A stretch of 55,113 nt of DNA, from assembly GCA_964399675.1 (NCBI GenBank), contig CAYNRK010000007.1, positions 1-55,113 on the forward strand, in the 5' to 3' direction. Positions within the stretch are counted from its first letter, which is position 1; every line of letters begins with the position of its first letter. The position numbers and the translations under genes were made by a program. The notes beneath the pieces are model-generated. The model made no database searches. It saw only the letters and a list, made by a program, of their open reading frames with translations, and had not been told where the DNA came from. This DNA comes from an uncultured Gammaproteobacteria bacterium. Lineage in GTDB: Bacteria > Patescibacteriota > Patescibacteriia > UBA9934 > GWF2-40-263. Below, piece by piece: positions 17,510 through 27,483 of this stretch.

Positions 17510-18202
17510 TTAAGATGTAGCCAACTCAGCCAATGCTTTCACGTGTTCCCAGGCTATTCCCATAAAAATATTACTCGTAGCTTGCGGCCCATTTGACACA
17601 ACCCCCACAAGTCTATTTTGCTCTTCTTTCAACACAACTGGAGAGCCGCTAAACCCACCAACAACAGCGCCTGATATTTGCACCTGTTTTTTATTGACAT
17701 CTTGTTTCTTGCTGACACCAACAACGCCTTCAGCATAGGTTGGGGAATGCAGCTCATCTAACAACTTGTCTCCCAATGGAAAACCCGCATATGCCACCTG
17801 GGTTCCAACCAAAGGATATTGCTCCGCAAGCTCAAGACCTTTTGAAGCCTCGCGCTTCAACTCGTCACCTGACAAAAAACTATTGTCGTTCGCTAGAACA
17901 CGCAAAACGGCCAAGTCATGACGCATGTCAATTTGATCAACCATTGCTCTACGATAATTCCCAGCCTCACCAACAACAAGCAATCCAGCCACCTCAAGAG
18001 GAGCAACTAATAAACCACGGACAACATGCTCACAAGTAATCATAACCTCATATTCTTTTAGCCAGAAAGCTGTTCCTATAACATTTAGTTCATCCGAGAA
18101 AATCTTTCCGTCTCGCGGGTTAAATTTAGGCTTAAATATCCCTACAGCCCGCACACTTCCATATACATAAGGATTAACATCACTTGAAGTTGTTTCTGTC
18201 AT
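17510..18202 (-). CDS. trypsin-like serine protease, no signal peptide
   Basis: GTAF, TCEHV (His), DLAVL (Asp), GFSGSPV (Ser). Confidence 0.85.
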   Translation of the reverse strand: MTETTSSDVNPYVYGSVRAVGIFKPKFNPRDGKIFSDELNVIGTAFWLKEYEVMITCEHVVRGLLVAPLEVAGLLVVGEAGNYRRAMVDQIDMRHDLAVLRVLANDNSFLSGDELKREASKGLELAEQYPLVGTQVAYAGFPLGDKLLDELHSPTYAEGVVGVSKKQDVNKKQVQISGAVVGGFSGSPVVLKEEQNRLVGVVSNGPQATSNIFMGIAWEHVKALAELATS

Positions 18203-18219
18203 ATAATACTTAAACTTAA

Positions 18220-18891
18220 TCAAAGATCATTATTTCTTTTTTCAATCCTATCTTTTTCAATTTCCGGCAAAGTCTCGAAAAGGCCCTCCACTTCTTTTTG
18301 TTCCGTGATCATCTTCTCGGCAATAAAATTAATGACATCAAATAACTTTTCAGCAATCTGTTTATCATCCTCAAAATCAATATATCCGGGATGGACTGCA
18401 TGATTTCCAGTCACCCTTACAAAATCAAGTCCTTTTTGAATTGTAGGATTTAAACCCTTGCCTATAAGACTCTTGATATCATTATTAATGTTATCACCTT
18501 TTTCCCCGAGCTGTTTCAATAATTTTTGAAGAGCGAGACGCAATAGAGCAGCCGCTCCTCTTGGTGACTTGTTTAAAATTTTAGCCGCTTCATTGTAATC
18601 GTTTTTTACATCCTCAGACAGATCTTCATTTGGTTCACTGACAGAAATCTCGTCAGGAAAAATTACCTGATCTGAAAACCAAATCATAAATTTTCCACAA
18701 TGACTACATTTGGACATTCGCCATTCTGCATCCAAATTTTCCTGAAACTTAGATAAACGATCGATTGATTCGTCACCCCAAATATGTTTAGCACCAATAT
18801 GGGCCCAAGATTGCATCGCAAAAACCAAACAATGAGGACAATGAAATTGCCCCTCTAAAAGTGTTGGTGGATAATGTTTTTCTTTTTTCAT
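18220..18891 (-). CDS. DUF4145 (HEPN-like) protein with N-terminal zinc ribbon
   Basis: CPHC...CSHC, DYNEA...SPRGAAALLR, R..GNHAVH. Confidence 0.85.
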   Translation of the reverse strand: MKKEKHYPPTLLEGQFHCPHCLVFAMQSWAHIGAKHIWGDESIDRLSKFQENLDAEWRMSKCSHCGKFMIWFSDQVIFPDEISVSEPNEDLSEDVKNDYNEAAKILNKSPRGAAALLRLALQKLLKQLGEKGDNINNDIKSLIGKGLNPTIQKGLDFVRVTGNHAVHPGYIDFEDDKQIAEKLFDVINFIAEKMITEQKEVEGLFETLPEIEKDRIEKRNNDL

Positions 18892-18898
18892 AGTGTTT

Positions 18899-20170
18899 TT
18901 ACACAAACAAACCTTGCATTAACCCCTTCTTCCACTCCTCCGCCTTCACAATCTGCTTTTGCTTTGATTCTATCAACTTATCAAGACTCGTCAAAAATTC
19001 TGCAATTTTTTGTTGTTCCGAGAGTGATGGAATTTTAAATTTCAAATTAGAAAAATCTTTCTTATTTAACATTTGCATGCCACCGGCACCAGCAAACCGA
19101 ATAAGTACATTTTTATTTTTTTCTAATAAGAAATAAAGAAAATTAACTATGTTGGCTTTATTGGGTGTAATAGAATTAATTTGCTGATTGCAACTTCCAT
19201 CAACTTTCAAAACAACATTTTTTCCAATACTAGCAATACAAGTAACTAATAAGCTATCTTTTGGAATAAATCGGCCCTTATCAATTCCTTTCTTTGTTAA
19301 AGACTTGGCTGATACGTAAATATCTTTTTCAGCGCCAATGTCAGTCGGAGTTATCCATGGAAAATCATCGCCATAGTATTTTTTGTTTTTAGTAGACGGT
19401 GTACTACCTGTAATAATCTCACCAACCTCCCCCAACCTCTTCTCCTCCCACTCCCCAAACTCCTCCCCACCCTCATCCTTAAACCCCACCTCTTGCGAAA
19501 AGATTTTTTGCATCATTCCTTTTTTATAAGATTCCAAAGATTCTTTTTGAGACCGCAAATTTTTAATCCATTCATCAACTGATGTCAAAAACTCCGCAAT
19601 CTTTTTTTGTTCCGTTTTTTTGGGTAGATAAAAACTCAACTTTTGAATGTACGATTTAGAAACCCCTAACACCTTTGTTCCCTGAGCTATACGTTTTACA
19701 CCCAACCTGAAAGTCGGACTCTTCAGAAGATGCCCCACAAAGCCCAAAGCCACATTATTGCACTTTCGTTTTAACAATAGAGTGTGCAGACCAGATAAAA
19801 CTTTCTGATTGCCGACATGACAAACTTCAATACCTTTTCCAATATCGGCATAATCCTCTGATGCATCAGCAAGAACCAAGTCGCCGCATTCTACAAAATT
19901 ATTATTAGAATGTTTTGGCTCTTCTCCCGAATTAATAAAAGGAACTCTTTCTCTATTGAGATCAAAATGACTTCTAAACTTTTTGTGAATATCACCATAA
20001 TGGATATTTTTGATTTCGCCAGACTCGTAATTCAACTTATCCCGAGATAAAGAATTCGTTACTCGAAACGAATACACCTCCCCCAACCTTTTTTCCTCCC
20101 ACTCACCAGAAAAACCCGGGAATCTTAATTCCGGAATCATTTTTTTTTGTTTTTCGACCTTTTGTGTCAT
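18899..20170 (-). CDS. hsdS: Type I RM specificity subunit
   Basis: PELRFPGF..EWEEKRLG, two TRDs, duplicated P...EQ.KIAEFLTS.D. Confidence 0.95.
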   Translation of the reverse strand: MTQKVEKQKKMIPELRFPGFSGEWEEKRLGEVYSFRVTNSLSRDKLNYESGEIKNIHYGDIHKKFRSHFDLNRERVPFINSGEEPKHSNNNFVECGDLVLADASEDYADIGKGIEVCHVGNQKVLSGLHTLLLKRKCNNVALGFVGHLLKSPTFRLGVKRIAQGTKVLGVSKSYIQKLSFYLPKKTEQKKIAEFLTSVDEWIKNLRSQKESLESYKKGMMQKIFSQEVGFKDEGGEEFGEWEEKRLGEVGEIITGSTPSTKNKKYYGDDFPWITPTDIGAEKDIYVSAKSLTKKGIDKGRFIPKDSLLVTCIASIGKNVVLKVDGSCNQQINSITPNKANIVNFLYFLLEKNKNVLIRFAGAGGMQMLNKKDFSNLKFKIPSLSEQQKIAEFLTSLDKLIESKQKQIVKAEEWKKGLMQGLFV

Positions 20171-20254
20171 AATGGCTTTTGTAAAAGTAAATCCTTCTGT
20201 GTTGGGATACCGGATGGCGTCTCGTTAAAGCAGAGGGTTTTTTATTTCCCAATG

Positions 20255-21094
20255 TTATTCCAGTTCCTTTTTTTCTTCTCCTCCCCCTAAATAATTTTCA
20301 TCACTTACAACACTTTCATCTGTAGCTTCTTCAAGTTGCTGTCTGGCACTCTTTGCAATGCTGCCACCTTTTTTAGCAGATTGCGCATTTTCATTATAAC
20401 CATGAGACTCATCTTTCTTAGCAATCTTTGTAGTTGACAATTCCGCTAGTGCTGTAAAAATCAATTCAGCTTCTGTCATGGCATCGCGCAAATTTTCTTT
20501 ATCAAGATCTTTCAAATCCTTATGCTGGCCAGTAGTCAAACCGCTCCATTCTTTATGAATGATATTTGTTAACTTTGCATATTCCAAACCTTTTTGAACT
20601 CCACTCTCCTGCCAATAATCAGTCAGCTTATTTCTAATTTCCTGCCCACGCATTCTTTGCTCAATCCATTTTTCAGGCGCACCCATTTTCTTCCAATTCT
20701 CCCTAGCTCTATTTACTGCTATTTCAGGATTAACTATTTCTTGCAATCTCTCATACCCAACCTTAGCCAACCAAAGTTTAAATGGTTCAGCTTTCTTTGA
20801 TGGAACCGACTGAATAATTCTAAAAATTCCCTCAACATGAGAACAATTCACTTTTTGAGGACCGCCTTTTGTTTCAATCGTAAGGGGGGTGGCAATTTGC
20901 CCCCACCCTTCTGAAAGTCCTTCATCACGACGTCTCATGTCCTTAATATAACCGGAAGGATCTTTGCTTTCTGTTAAAACCTCAACAATATCAACAATGG
21001 CAAAATACCATTTTTCTTCTTTTTCTATCCACTTCCTACGCACAGGAAAATCTTCGAATAGGACAATTGTTTTATTTGAATTTTGATCTGACAT
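20255..21094 (-). CDS. Bro-N/antirepressor-like DNA-binding protein
   Basis: WYFAIVDIVEVLT, GIFRIIQSVPSKKAEPFKLWLA, ENLRDAMT. Confidence 0.8.
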   Translation of the reverse strand: MSDQNSNKTIVLFEDFPVRRKWIEKEEKWYFAIVDIVEVLTESKDPSGYIKDMRRRDEGLSEGWGQIATPLTIETKGGPQKVNCSHVEGIFRIIQSVPSKKAEPFKLWLAKVGYERLQEIVNPEIAVNRARENWKKMGAPEKWIEQRMRGQEIRNKLTDYWQESGVQKGLEYAKLTNIIHKEWSGLTTGQHKDLKDLDKENLRDAMTEAELIFTALAELSTTKIAKKDESHGYNENAQSAKKGGSIAKSARQQLEEATDESVVSDENYLGGGEEKKELE

Positions 21095-21105
21095 ATTTTA
21101 TATAT

Positions 21106-22683
21106 TTAAAAAGGCTTTTCGATTTTAAGCTCATCACAAAACTCGGAAATCCTTTTTTGCAAATCCTCTTCTTCTGCACTGAACTTCTTAATCTTGTTTG
21201 CAACCTCTTCAATGTTAATCGCCTCCTCTTCCTCAAAAGTGTCAACATATCGAGGAATGTTTAGGTTGTATTCGTTTTCTTTAATCTCATCCAAACTTGC
21301 GCGATGTGAATACTTCTCAATCTCTTTGCGCCCTTTATACGTTTCAAAAATCTTTTCAATATTCTCATCAGATAACTTGTTTTGATTCTTTCCCTTTTCA
21401 AATTCTTTTGACGCATCAATAAATAAAATGTCATCGTCGTCTTTACGGCACTTTTTAAAAACTAAAACTGTTACGGGAATAGAGGTGCCGTAAAAAATAT
21501 TTGGAGGTAATCCAATCACTGCATCAAGATAATTTTGTTTTTCTATAATATATTTTCTAATCTGTCCCTCTGCTCCTGATCTAAACAGAGCACCGTGAGG
21601 TAAAACTATTGCCATTGTTCCGTTGTCTGCAAGGTGATAAAGCATGTGCGTTACAAACGCATAATCTGCCTTGTTCTTTGGTGCAAGTCTTCCGTATTGA
21701 GAAAACCTATCATCGTGTGCGAGCTGTGGATCTGCATCACCTTTCCATTTTGCTGAAAACGGAGGATTGGCAACGATCGCATCAGCCTTCAGATCTGCAT
21801 GCATGTCATCTTGTAAAGTATCGCCCTGGCGAATATCAAAATGATCAAAATGCACCCCATGCAAAATCATGTTCATTCGCGCAAGGTTGTAAGTGGTTCT
21901 ATTAAGTTCTTGCCCAAAATATTCTACTACTTCTGCAAAATCTCTAATACGCAACAAAAGTGAACCAGAGCCACATGTTGGGTCGTAAACTGATCGCACA
22001 CGTTTTTTATCTTGTGACACTATCTGAGCTAACAGCTGTGACACTTGTGGAGGAGTATAAAACTCTCCGCCCTTTTTACCGGCACCGGCTGCAAACTCTC
22101 CAATCAAATATTCATAAGCATCTCCAAGAAGATCGCTCTTTGTATCTTCAAGCTTAAAATCTATTTCGCTTAAAAGAGAAAGAACCTCAACAACAACTTC
22201 ATTCTTTTGATTCTCACGAGAACCGAGTTTTGTAGATGTTAAATCAACATCGTCAAAAAGACCTTTAAAATCATCCTCACTTGCCGTGCCCATTGAAGTA
22301 CTTTCAATAGTGTTAAGAACATTTTTGAGATCCTCGAGAATAAAAGTGTTTTGACCTTTAATATTACCCTTACCTTTTTTAATAAGATAAGAAAAAAGTT
22401 CAGTTGGTTTTAAGAAAAAACCAAGATGACCAATGCAACCTTTTCTAACTTCTTCCAAAATCTTTTTGCCTTCTTCGGTCTTTTCCTTTATTTCTGCAAA
22501 TTTAAAATCTTCACGAGCAAGAAGCTTTTCGTCAACGTAGCGCTCTAACCTTTCAGAAAGATACTTATAAAAAATAAAACCGAGAATATAATTCTTGTAT
22601 TCATCGGCATTTATTTTACCGCGAAGCGCGTTTGCAACACCCCACAATTGTTTCTCTAATAATCGTTTTTGTTCTTCTGACAT
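21106..22683 (-). CDS. hsdM: Type I RM methyltransferase subunit
   Basis: LGDAYEYLI, GEFYTP, YDPTCGSGSLL, ANPPFS, NLNIPRYV. Confidence 0.96.
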   Translation of the reverse strand: MSEEQKRLLEKQLWGVANALRGKINADEYKNYILGFIFYKYLSERLERYVDEKLLAREDFKFAEIKEKTEEGKKILEEVRKGCIGHLGFFLKPTELFSYLIKKGKGNIKGQNTFILEDLKNVLNTIESTSMGTASEDDFKGLFDDVDLTSTKLGSRENQKNEVVVEVLSLLSEIDFKLEDTKSDLLGDAYEYLIGEFAAGAGKKGGEFYTPPQVSQLLAQIVSQDKKRVRSVYDPTCGSGSLLLRIRDFAEVVEYFGQELNRTTYNLARMNMILHGVHFDHFDIRQGDTLQDDMHADLKADAIVANPPFSAKWKGDADPQLAHDDRFSQYGRLAPKNKADYAFVTHMLYHLADNGTMAIVLPHGALFRSGAEGQIRKYIIEKQNYLDAVIGLPPNIFYGTSIPVTVLVFKKCRKDDDDILFIDASKEFEKGKNQNKLSDENIEKIFETYKGRKEIEKYSHRASLDEIKENEYNLNIPRYVDTFEEEEAINIEEVANKIKKFSAEEEDLQKRISEFCDELKIEKPF

Positions 22684-22724
22684 ATGACGACATTTTACCT
22701 TTATTGAGATAAAAATCAAGAAAT

Positions 22725-22757
22725 AAAAAACCGCGGAATGAGCCGCGGATCTTTTTT
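22725..22757. terminator. terminator hairpin downstream of ftsZ
   Basis: aaaaaa-ccgcgg-aatgag-ccgcgg-atcttttt. Confidence 0.55.
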
Positions 22758-23969
22758 TTACATCATCTTCTTCCTAATAAAAGCCGGGATCTCTATTTCG
22801 TCTTCTTCCTGTTTCTGAGCTGTTGGTGCTTTCATGATTGGTTTTGGTTTTTGAATTGGTGCTGGAGCTTGATCTTCTTTTTTTGGTGCAAAGTTTGATG
22901 CAGGTGCTTTTGATCTAACTGGCTGCTCTTCATCTCTAACTCTTAAAAGCGATGATGGCGCCCATGTTCCTTGAGCTTGAACTTCAACTGCACCAGGCGA
23001 AGCTTTTCGACGTTCTCGTGAATCAAACCCTGTTGCAACAACTGTAATGCGCACCTCTTCGCTCATGTCGTCATCAATATTAGCACCGAAAATAACTTTT
23101 GCATCTTCATCTGCTGAACTTGTGATAATCTTTGCGGCTTCTGCCACTTCGTGCATTCCTAAATTCATATCTCCTGTGATTGTAAAAAGAACACCTTTTG
23201 CCCCATCAATTGATAACTCAAGTAAAGGACTTGCTATTGCTTGTTTGGCTGCTTCAACAGCTCGATTTTCTCCCTCAGCTTTTCCAATTCCCATTAAAGC
23301 TGAACCGGATGATTCCATAATTGCTTTAATGTCAGCATAGTCAACGTTGATAAGGCCCGGGACTGTAATAAGCTCAGCAATCCCTTGCACACCTTGCCGC
23401 AACACATCATCCACTACTGTAAAGGCTTCCATTAAAGAAGTTTTCTTATCAATGATTTGTAAAACTCGATCGTTTGGAATTGTGATTATTGCATCAACGT
23501 GTTGAAGCAATCGATCAAATCCTTCATCTGCAATGCGCCTACGCTGAGCCCCTTCAAACGTAAACGGTTTTGTAACAACAGCGATTGTGAGTGCGCCAAT
23601 GTCTTTTGCAAGTTTGGCCACCTCTGGAACAGCGCCTGTTCCGGTTCCTCCTCCAAGTCCGCAAGTTAAAAATACCATGTCTGCTCCATTGAGAACCTCG
23701 CGAATTTCATTTTGATTCTCCTCAGCAGCTCTGCACCCAACTTCTGGATCCATACCTGCACCCAGACCACGTGTAATGGTTTTCCCTATTGGAATTTTTT
23801 TCTGGGCCAAATTTTGATTAAGAGCTTGTACGTCTGTGTTGACGACAATAAACTCAACACCCTTAATATTATCGCTGATCATTCTATTGATTGCAGCGCC
23901 TCCACCACCTCCTATGCCAACCACTTTGATCTTGGCAAACGTTTCGATCTCTGGTTTTACTTGAGCCAT
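22758..23969 (-). CDS. ftsZ: cell division protein FtsZ
   Basis: GLGAG, GLGGGTGTG, GLINVDYAD, C-terminal IEIPAFIR. Confidence 0.98.
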   Translation of the reverse strand: MAQVKPEIETFAKIKVVGIGGGGGAAINRMISDNIKGVEFIVVNTDVQALNQNLAQKKIPIGKTITRGLGAGMDPEVGCRAAEENQNEIREVLNGADMVFLTCGLGGGTGTGAVPEVAKLAKDIGALTIAVVTKPFTFEGAQRRRIADEGFDRLLQHVDAIITIPNDRVLQIIDKKTSLMEAFTVVDDVLRQGVQGIAELITVPGLINVDYADIKAIMESSGSALMGIGKAEGENRAVEAAKQAIASPLLELSIDGAKGVLFTITGDMNLGMHEVAEAAKIITSSADEDAKVIFGANIDDDMSEEVRITVVATGFDSRERRKASPGAVEVQAQGTWAPSSLLRVRDEEQPVRSKAPASNFAPKKEDQAPAPIQKPKPIMKAPTAQKQEEDEIEIPAFIRKKMM

Positions 23970-24120
23970 ATTTTTTTCCTTGAACACTTTAATTGTTCAA
24001 TTTGTACTTTCTTGAACACTAAATTCATTCACACTTTAGCACTCTCGAAATTAGTGTCAAGAAAACAAAAAGAAGATATACACATCTTCCTTTCTTATCA
24101 TCTTGACCGAGTATTATTAT

Positions 24121-24255
24121 GTCATTTCGACCGGAGGCCCGTCAGACGGGCCGGAGCGGAGAAATCTCGCGCCATGTTTCGAGATCCCTCGCGTAAAGCG
24201 ACGTGGTCGCCACGCGACTTTACGTCGGCTCGGCTTTGCCTCGCTCGGGATGACA
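24121..24255. repeat. composite REP-like palindromic element (GTCAT...ATGAC) with nested modules
   Basis: gtcatttcgac...gagaaatctc / gagatccct...cgggatgac; GC-rich intergenic. Confidence 0.75.
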
Positions 24256-24266
24256 TGGTGTGGTGT

Positions 24267-25526
24267 CTACGGCTTAATGGATTTGAAAATTCTTTTTAAT
24301 CCTTCTGACAACTTATCTGTACTTCCCAGTTTTGAGAAAATTTTTCCCAGAGCTCCTGATCCACCAATTCCCTTAATATGATGTCCCCAAAGGACAAGCC
24401 CTATTGCAGTGCTCATTCCGGGATCACCTGTGCGATCGATCACAGATGTTATCCCAATTGGACTTCCTAAAGTAACAGGCAATCGAAGTGACAACTTAGC
24501 AGCATCAAGTATTCCAGCAAGTTTTGCACCTCCACCGGTTAACACTACGCCAGCCGGCAACATACCTGATCGATCAATTTTTTCCAGTTCCTTATCTACG
24601 TGTTCAAATATCTCCTGCACTCGAGCTTCGGTTATATCAGCGACAAATCGTTTCCCAACAACCTCATCATCAGGTGCTCCAAGCTCACCAAGATTAACAT
24701 CTTCTTTTTTAGCAACTTCTTTAGGAAGTGCGGTTGCATGTTGGAGCTTAACCTGTTCTGCAACTTCAATTGATGTTCGCAAGCCAATGGCAAGATCAGA
24801 AGTAACATGATCAGAACCAATTGGCAAAACCGCTGTGTGCATTACATCCCCCTCTTCATACACAACCATGCTTGTTGTTGAAGCACCAATGTTTACTACA
24901 CAAACACCTAATTCTTTTTGCCTGTCAGAAATAACCGCCTCAGCTGTTGCAAGAATTGAAAATACCAAATCCTCTATATCAAGCCCTGTTCTATAAACGG
25001 ACTTTGTTAAATTTTTAATCTGTGAACCAAGACCTTGAATGATAAGCGCATCAACCTCAAGCCTGATTCCATTCATTCCAACAGGATCCTTTACTCCACG
25101 CTGCCCGTCCACAGTAAACACTTTTGGAATAACATGGATAATTTCATAGTTGGTTGGTGTTGCAACAGTTCGAGCCGCTTCAATAGATCGCTCCACATCT
25201 TCATCTCTAATCTCACCATCGTTTCTTGCCACACCAATAACACCTCGAGATTCTTGCGCAATAATATGACTTCCACTAATCCCAACCCAAGCCTTGTTAA
25301 GTGCAAGGCCTGTGATTCGCTCAGCTTGCTCAAGAGCTCTGGAAACTGAAGAAACAGCGTCTTCCAGATTCGTAATTGTGCCTTTGCTTACGCCAGCAGA
25401 AGGTACTTCAACAGCACCAATAATATGTATTTGTTCCCTCCCATCGGGCGATGGCACTAGTTTTCCAACTGCCACCCGGACCGCATAGGATCCAATATCA
25501 AGCCCTGTGTAAATTTCTTCACTCAT
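24267..25526 (-). CDS. ftsA: cell division protein FtsA
   Basis: GLDIGS, VNIGASTT, VVLTGGGAKL; directly upstream of ftsZ. Confidence 0.96.
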   Translation of the reverse strand: MSEEIYTGLDIGSYAVRVAVGKLVPSPDGREQIHIIGAVEVPSAGVSKGTITNLEDAVSSVSRALEQAERITGLALNKAWVGISGSHIIAQESRGVIGVARNDGEIRDEDVERSIEAARTVATPTNYEIIHVIPKVFTVDGQRGVKDPVGMNGIRLEVDALIIQGLGSQIKNLTKSVYRTGLDIEDLVFSILATAEAVISDRQKELGVCVVNIGASTTSMVVYEEGDVMHTAVLPIGSDHVTSDLAIGLRTSIEVAEQVKLQHATALPKEVAKKEDVNLGELGAPDDEVVGKRFVADITEARVQEIFEHVDKELEKIDRSGMLPAGVVLTGGGAKLAGILDAAKLSLRLPVTLGSPIGITSVIDRTGDPGMSTAIGLVLWGHHIKGIGGSGALGKIFSKLGSTDKLSEGLKRIFKSIKP

Positions 25527-25531
25527 AGATT

Positions 25532-25909
25532 TCATGCAACTCTAGTATAAAGCAGATAAACATAAGGGGCAAAAATTATTAAACCAACAAACAATGCCAT
25601 AAGCGAACCAACCAGCACTGTACCAGCCATTATGTCCTTAATATCCTTAACAATCGGATGAATCCTTGGCTTGAAAGTATCAATAATTCTTTCAAAAATA
25701 CTGTTAATCATCTCAAGTGACAGAATTGAACCAACTAACAAAATAAGGACTATCATTTCAAAATCTGTCACTTCAACATATACAGCAAACAAAAGCACAA
25801 TGATTGCCACAATTACCTGAATACGAAAACTTTGCTCAGATTGAAAAACAACTTTTACGCCATGAACAGCGTGCAGGAAACTTTTTTTAAGTTGTTTTAA
25901 ATTAATCAT
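25532..25909 (-). CDS. dgkA: prokaryotic diacylglycerol/undecaprenol kinase
   Basis: SF.HA..G, EMINSIFERIID, KDIMAGTVL. Confidence 0.88.
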   Translation of the reverse strand: MINLKQLKKSFLHAVHGVKVVFQSEQSFRIQVIVAIIVLLFAVYVEVTDFEMIVLILLVGSILSLEMINSIFERIIDTFKPRIHPIVKDIKDIMAGTVLVGSLMALFVGLIIFAPYVYLLYTRVA

Positions 25910-26337
25910 AAGTGTGGATCAATATTGAGCTCTGTAAGGATTTTTGTTTGTTTTGCAAACATTTTGGCTTTGTCCTTAGTTTTTTCGTGATCATATCCGA
26001 AAAGATGTAGTAGGCCATGAACCATAAGAAAGACTACTTCCTTTCTTGTTGAGTGCCCAATTTCTTTTGCTTGACGTTTTGCTTGAACATACGAGATAAG
26101 AATCTCGCCTTCGTTGTCATTTAGATTAAACGACAAAACATCTGTTACACAATCCTCTCCTCTGTACAACTTGTTTAATTTCTTTATTTCTTTATTGCTT
26201 ACAAACGCTATTGAAGCGCTCATCTTTTTTTTGTTCTTTACTGCTTTATTGGTAATGCGCGCAACTTTATTAATGACGGCTTGAGGCAACCGTTGCCCTC
26301 CTTTGAGCATAGTTTGATTCACCTCGGTTTTGATCAT
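25906..26337 (-). CDS. ybeY: rRNA maturation RNase YbeY
   Basis: LNKLYRG...TDVLSF, HGLLHLFGYDH. Confidence 0.95.
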   Translation of the reverse strand: MIKTEVNQTMLKGGQRLPQAVINKVARITNKAVKNKKKMSASIAFVSNKEIKKLNKLYRGEDCVTDVLSFNLNDNEGEILISYVQAKRQAKEIGHSTRKEVVFLMVHGLLHLFGYDHEKTKDKAKMFAKQTKILTELNIDPHL

Positions 26338-27440
26338 AATTCTTCCTTGACCTCTTCGCCCAGACTAAAGTCTGGGGCTACCTCCTCTTCTCCCCTTTCT
26401 ACCCCTTCTCCCTTTTCCACCCTCACAATACTATTCAACATCATTTGAAAAGTTTGCAAATAATCAATACGGGCCTTTATCCCTGGATCATAAGTGACAT
26501 CAACTCTAATAGATCCAAGGTTTACAAAAGCTCTTAACTGATTCTGTGATGCAAACATTTGGAATCCATTTTTTGTCTTGGTTTCAGTAAAAATTTCATT
26601 TGGAAGTATTTGACCCAAATATTCTTTCATTAAGTCAGCTTCTGCACGTTCATTTGAAATCATTTCAAATGATTCCCCGCTTGAAGCCAAGAAAACAAAA
26701 GTTGTTTTACCTTCCTCTGTTGGTTTTTCTGAAACTGTCCAGCTTGAAGGATAAACAAGCTTAAAATTATCTGCTGTATACGCCTTTACAATACCTGACT
26801 CCAAAAGTGTGCCACCTGTGGCAGTTCCGTTTGGATTGTAACGATGAAAGACTTCATTCCCGTCCAAGAATCCATCGCTGTCTGAATCCGGAAGCTTTGG
26901 ATTTGTTGAATAAATGAGTTGCTCCTCAAGATCGGTAAGGCCATCAGAATCAGAATCTATTCCAGGAACTGGTTCTATTGCAAATGGTTCTGCTTCTTTC
27001 TCGACCTCTTCGCCCAGGCTTAAGCCTGCGGCTACCTCTTCCTCTTCCACCTCTCCAACTTCTCGGACCTCTCGGACCTCTTCGACTTCTTCTACCTCTC
27101 CAACCTCTTGCTGCCCCACACTACGCACCACAAGATATCCACCAATTACAAGAACAACCAACAGCACGCCACCAACAATCAAAATTAGTTTGGTTGTTTT
27201 TGACTTGGCTTTTGTTTTCATTGGTTTGCCAATAGCAGGTGGTTTTGGAGCCGGTGCTTTTGGTTTTGGAGCTGAGGGAGCTTTTACAAGCTTTGGCTTT
27301 TCTTGTTTCTGAGGTTCAACAAGCTTTGCTTCAGCACCATGCCTATATCTTTGCGGCATGCTAAAAATCCGCAACTCAGACCCTTTTGGTTTCTGAGCAC
27401 TTGCACCCGGTTGTTCGATTTTTGTTTCATTATCCGGCAT
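26334..27440 (-). CDS. membrane-anchored surface protein with DxDxDG Ca-binding (TSP3-like) repeats
   Basis: single TM, acidic linker, DSDSDGLTD..TNPKLPDSDSDGFLDG. Confidence 0.8.
   Translation of the reverse strand: MPDNETKIEQPGASAQKPKGSELRIFSMPQRYRHGAEAKLVEPQKQEKPKLVKAPSAPKPKAPAPKPPAIGKPMKTKAKSKTTKLILIVGGVLLVVLVIGGYLVVRSVGQQEVGEVEEVEEVREVREVGEVEEEEVAAGLSLGEEVEKEAEPFAIEPVPGIDSDSDGLTDLEEQLIYSTNPKLPDSDSDGFLDGNEVFHRYNPNGTATGGTLLESGIVKAYTADNFKLVYPSSWTVSEKPTEEGKTTFVFLASSGESFEMISNERAEADLMKEYLGQILPNEIFTETKTKNGFQMFASQNQLRAFVNLGSIRVDVTYDPGIKARIDYLQTFQMMLNSIVRVEKGEGVERGEEEVAPDFSLGEEVKEEL
26358..26381 (-). repeat. GTAG-type REP palindrome, in-frame inside a CDS
   Basis: GTAGCCCCAGACTTTAGTCTGGGC. Confidence 0.8.
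27012..27035 (-). repeat. GTAG-type REP palindrome, in-frame inside a CDS
   Basis: GTAGCCGCAGGCTTAAGCCTGGGC; stem change A>G compensated by T>C. Confidence 0.75.
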
Positions 27441-27483
27441 AACTTAAAGTCATTTTTTAACAACGCTTTTCATAAACATCCGA

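Noticed and set aside
7873-18891. Classical integron
   Set aside because: No tyrosine recombinase and no RYYYAAC...GTTRRRY attC hairpins found between cassettes.
20255-21094. Prophage suggested by Bro-N and excisionase-like HTH genes
   Set aside because: No structural, terminase, replication or integrase genes in the window.
23712-24381. Plus-strand ORFs across ftsZ/ftsA, and similar ORFs at 47420-47765 and 48853-49227
   Set aside because: Produced by stop-poor GC-rich palindromic repeats and overlap with real genes.
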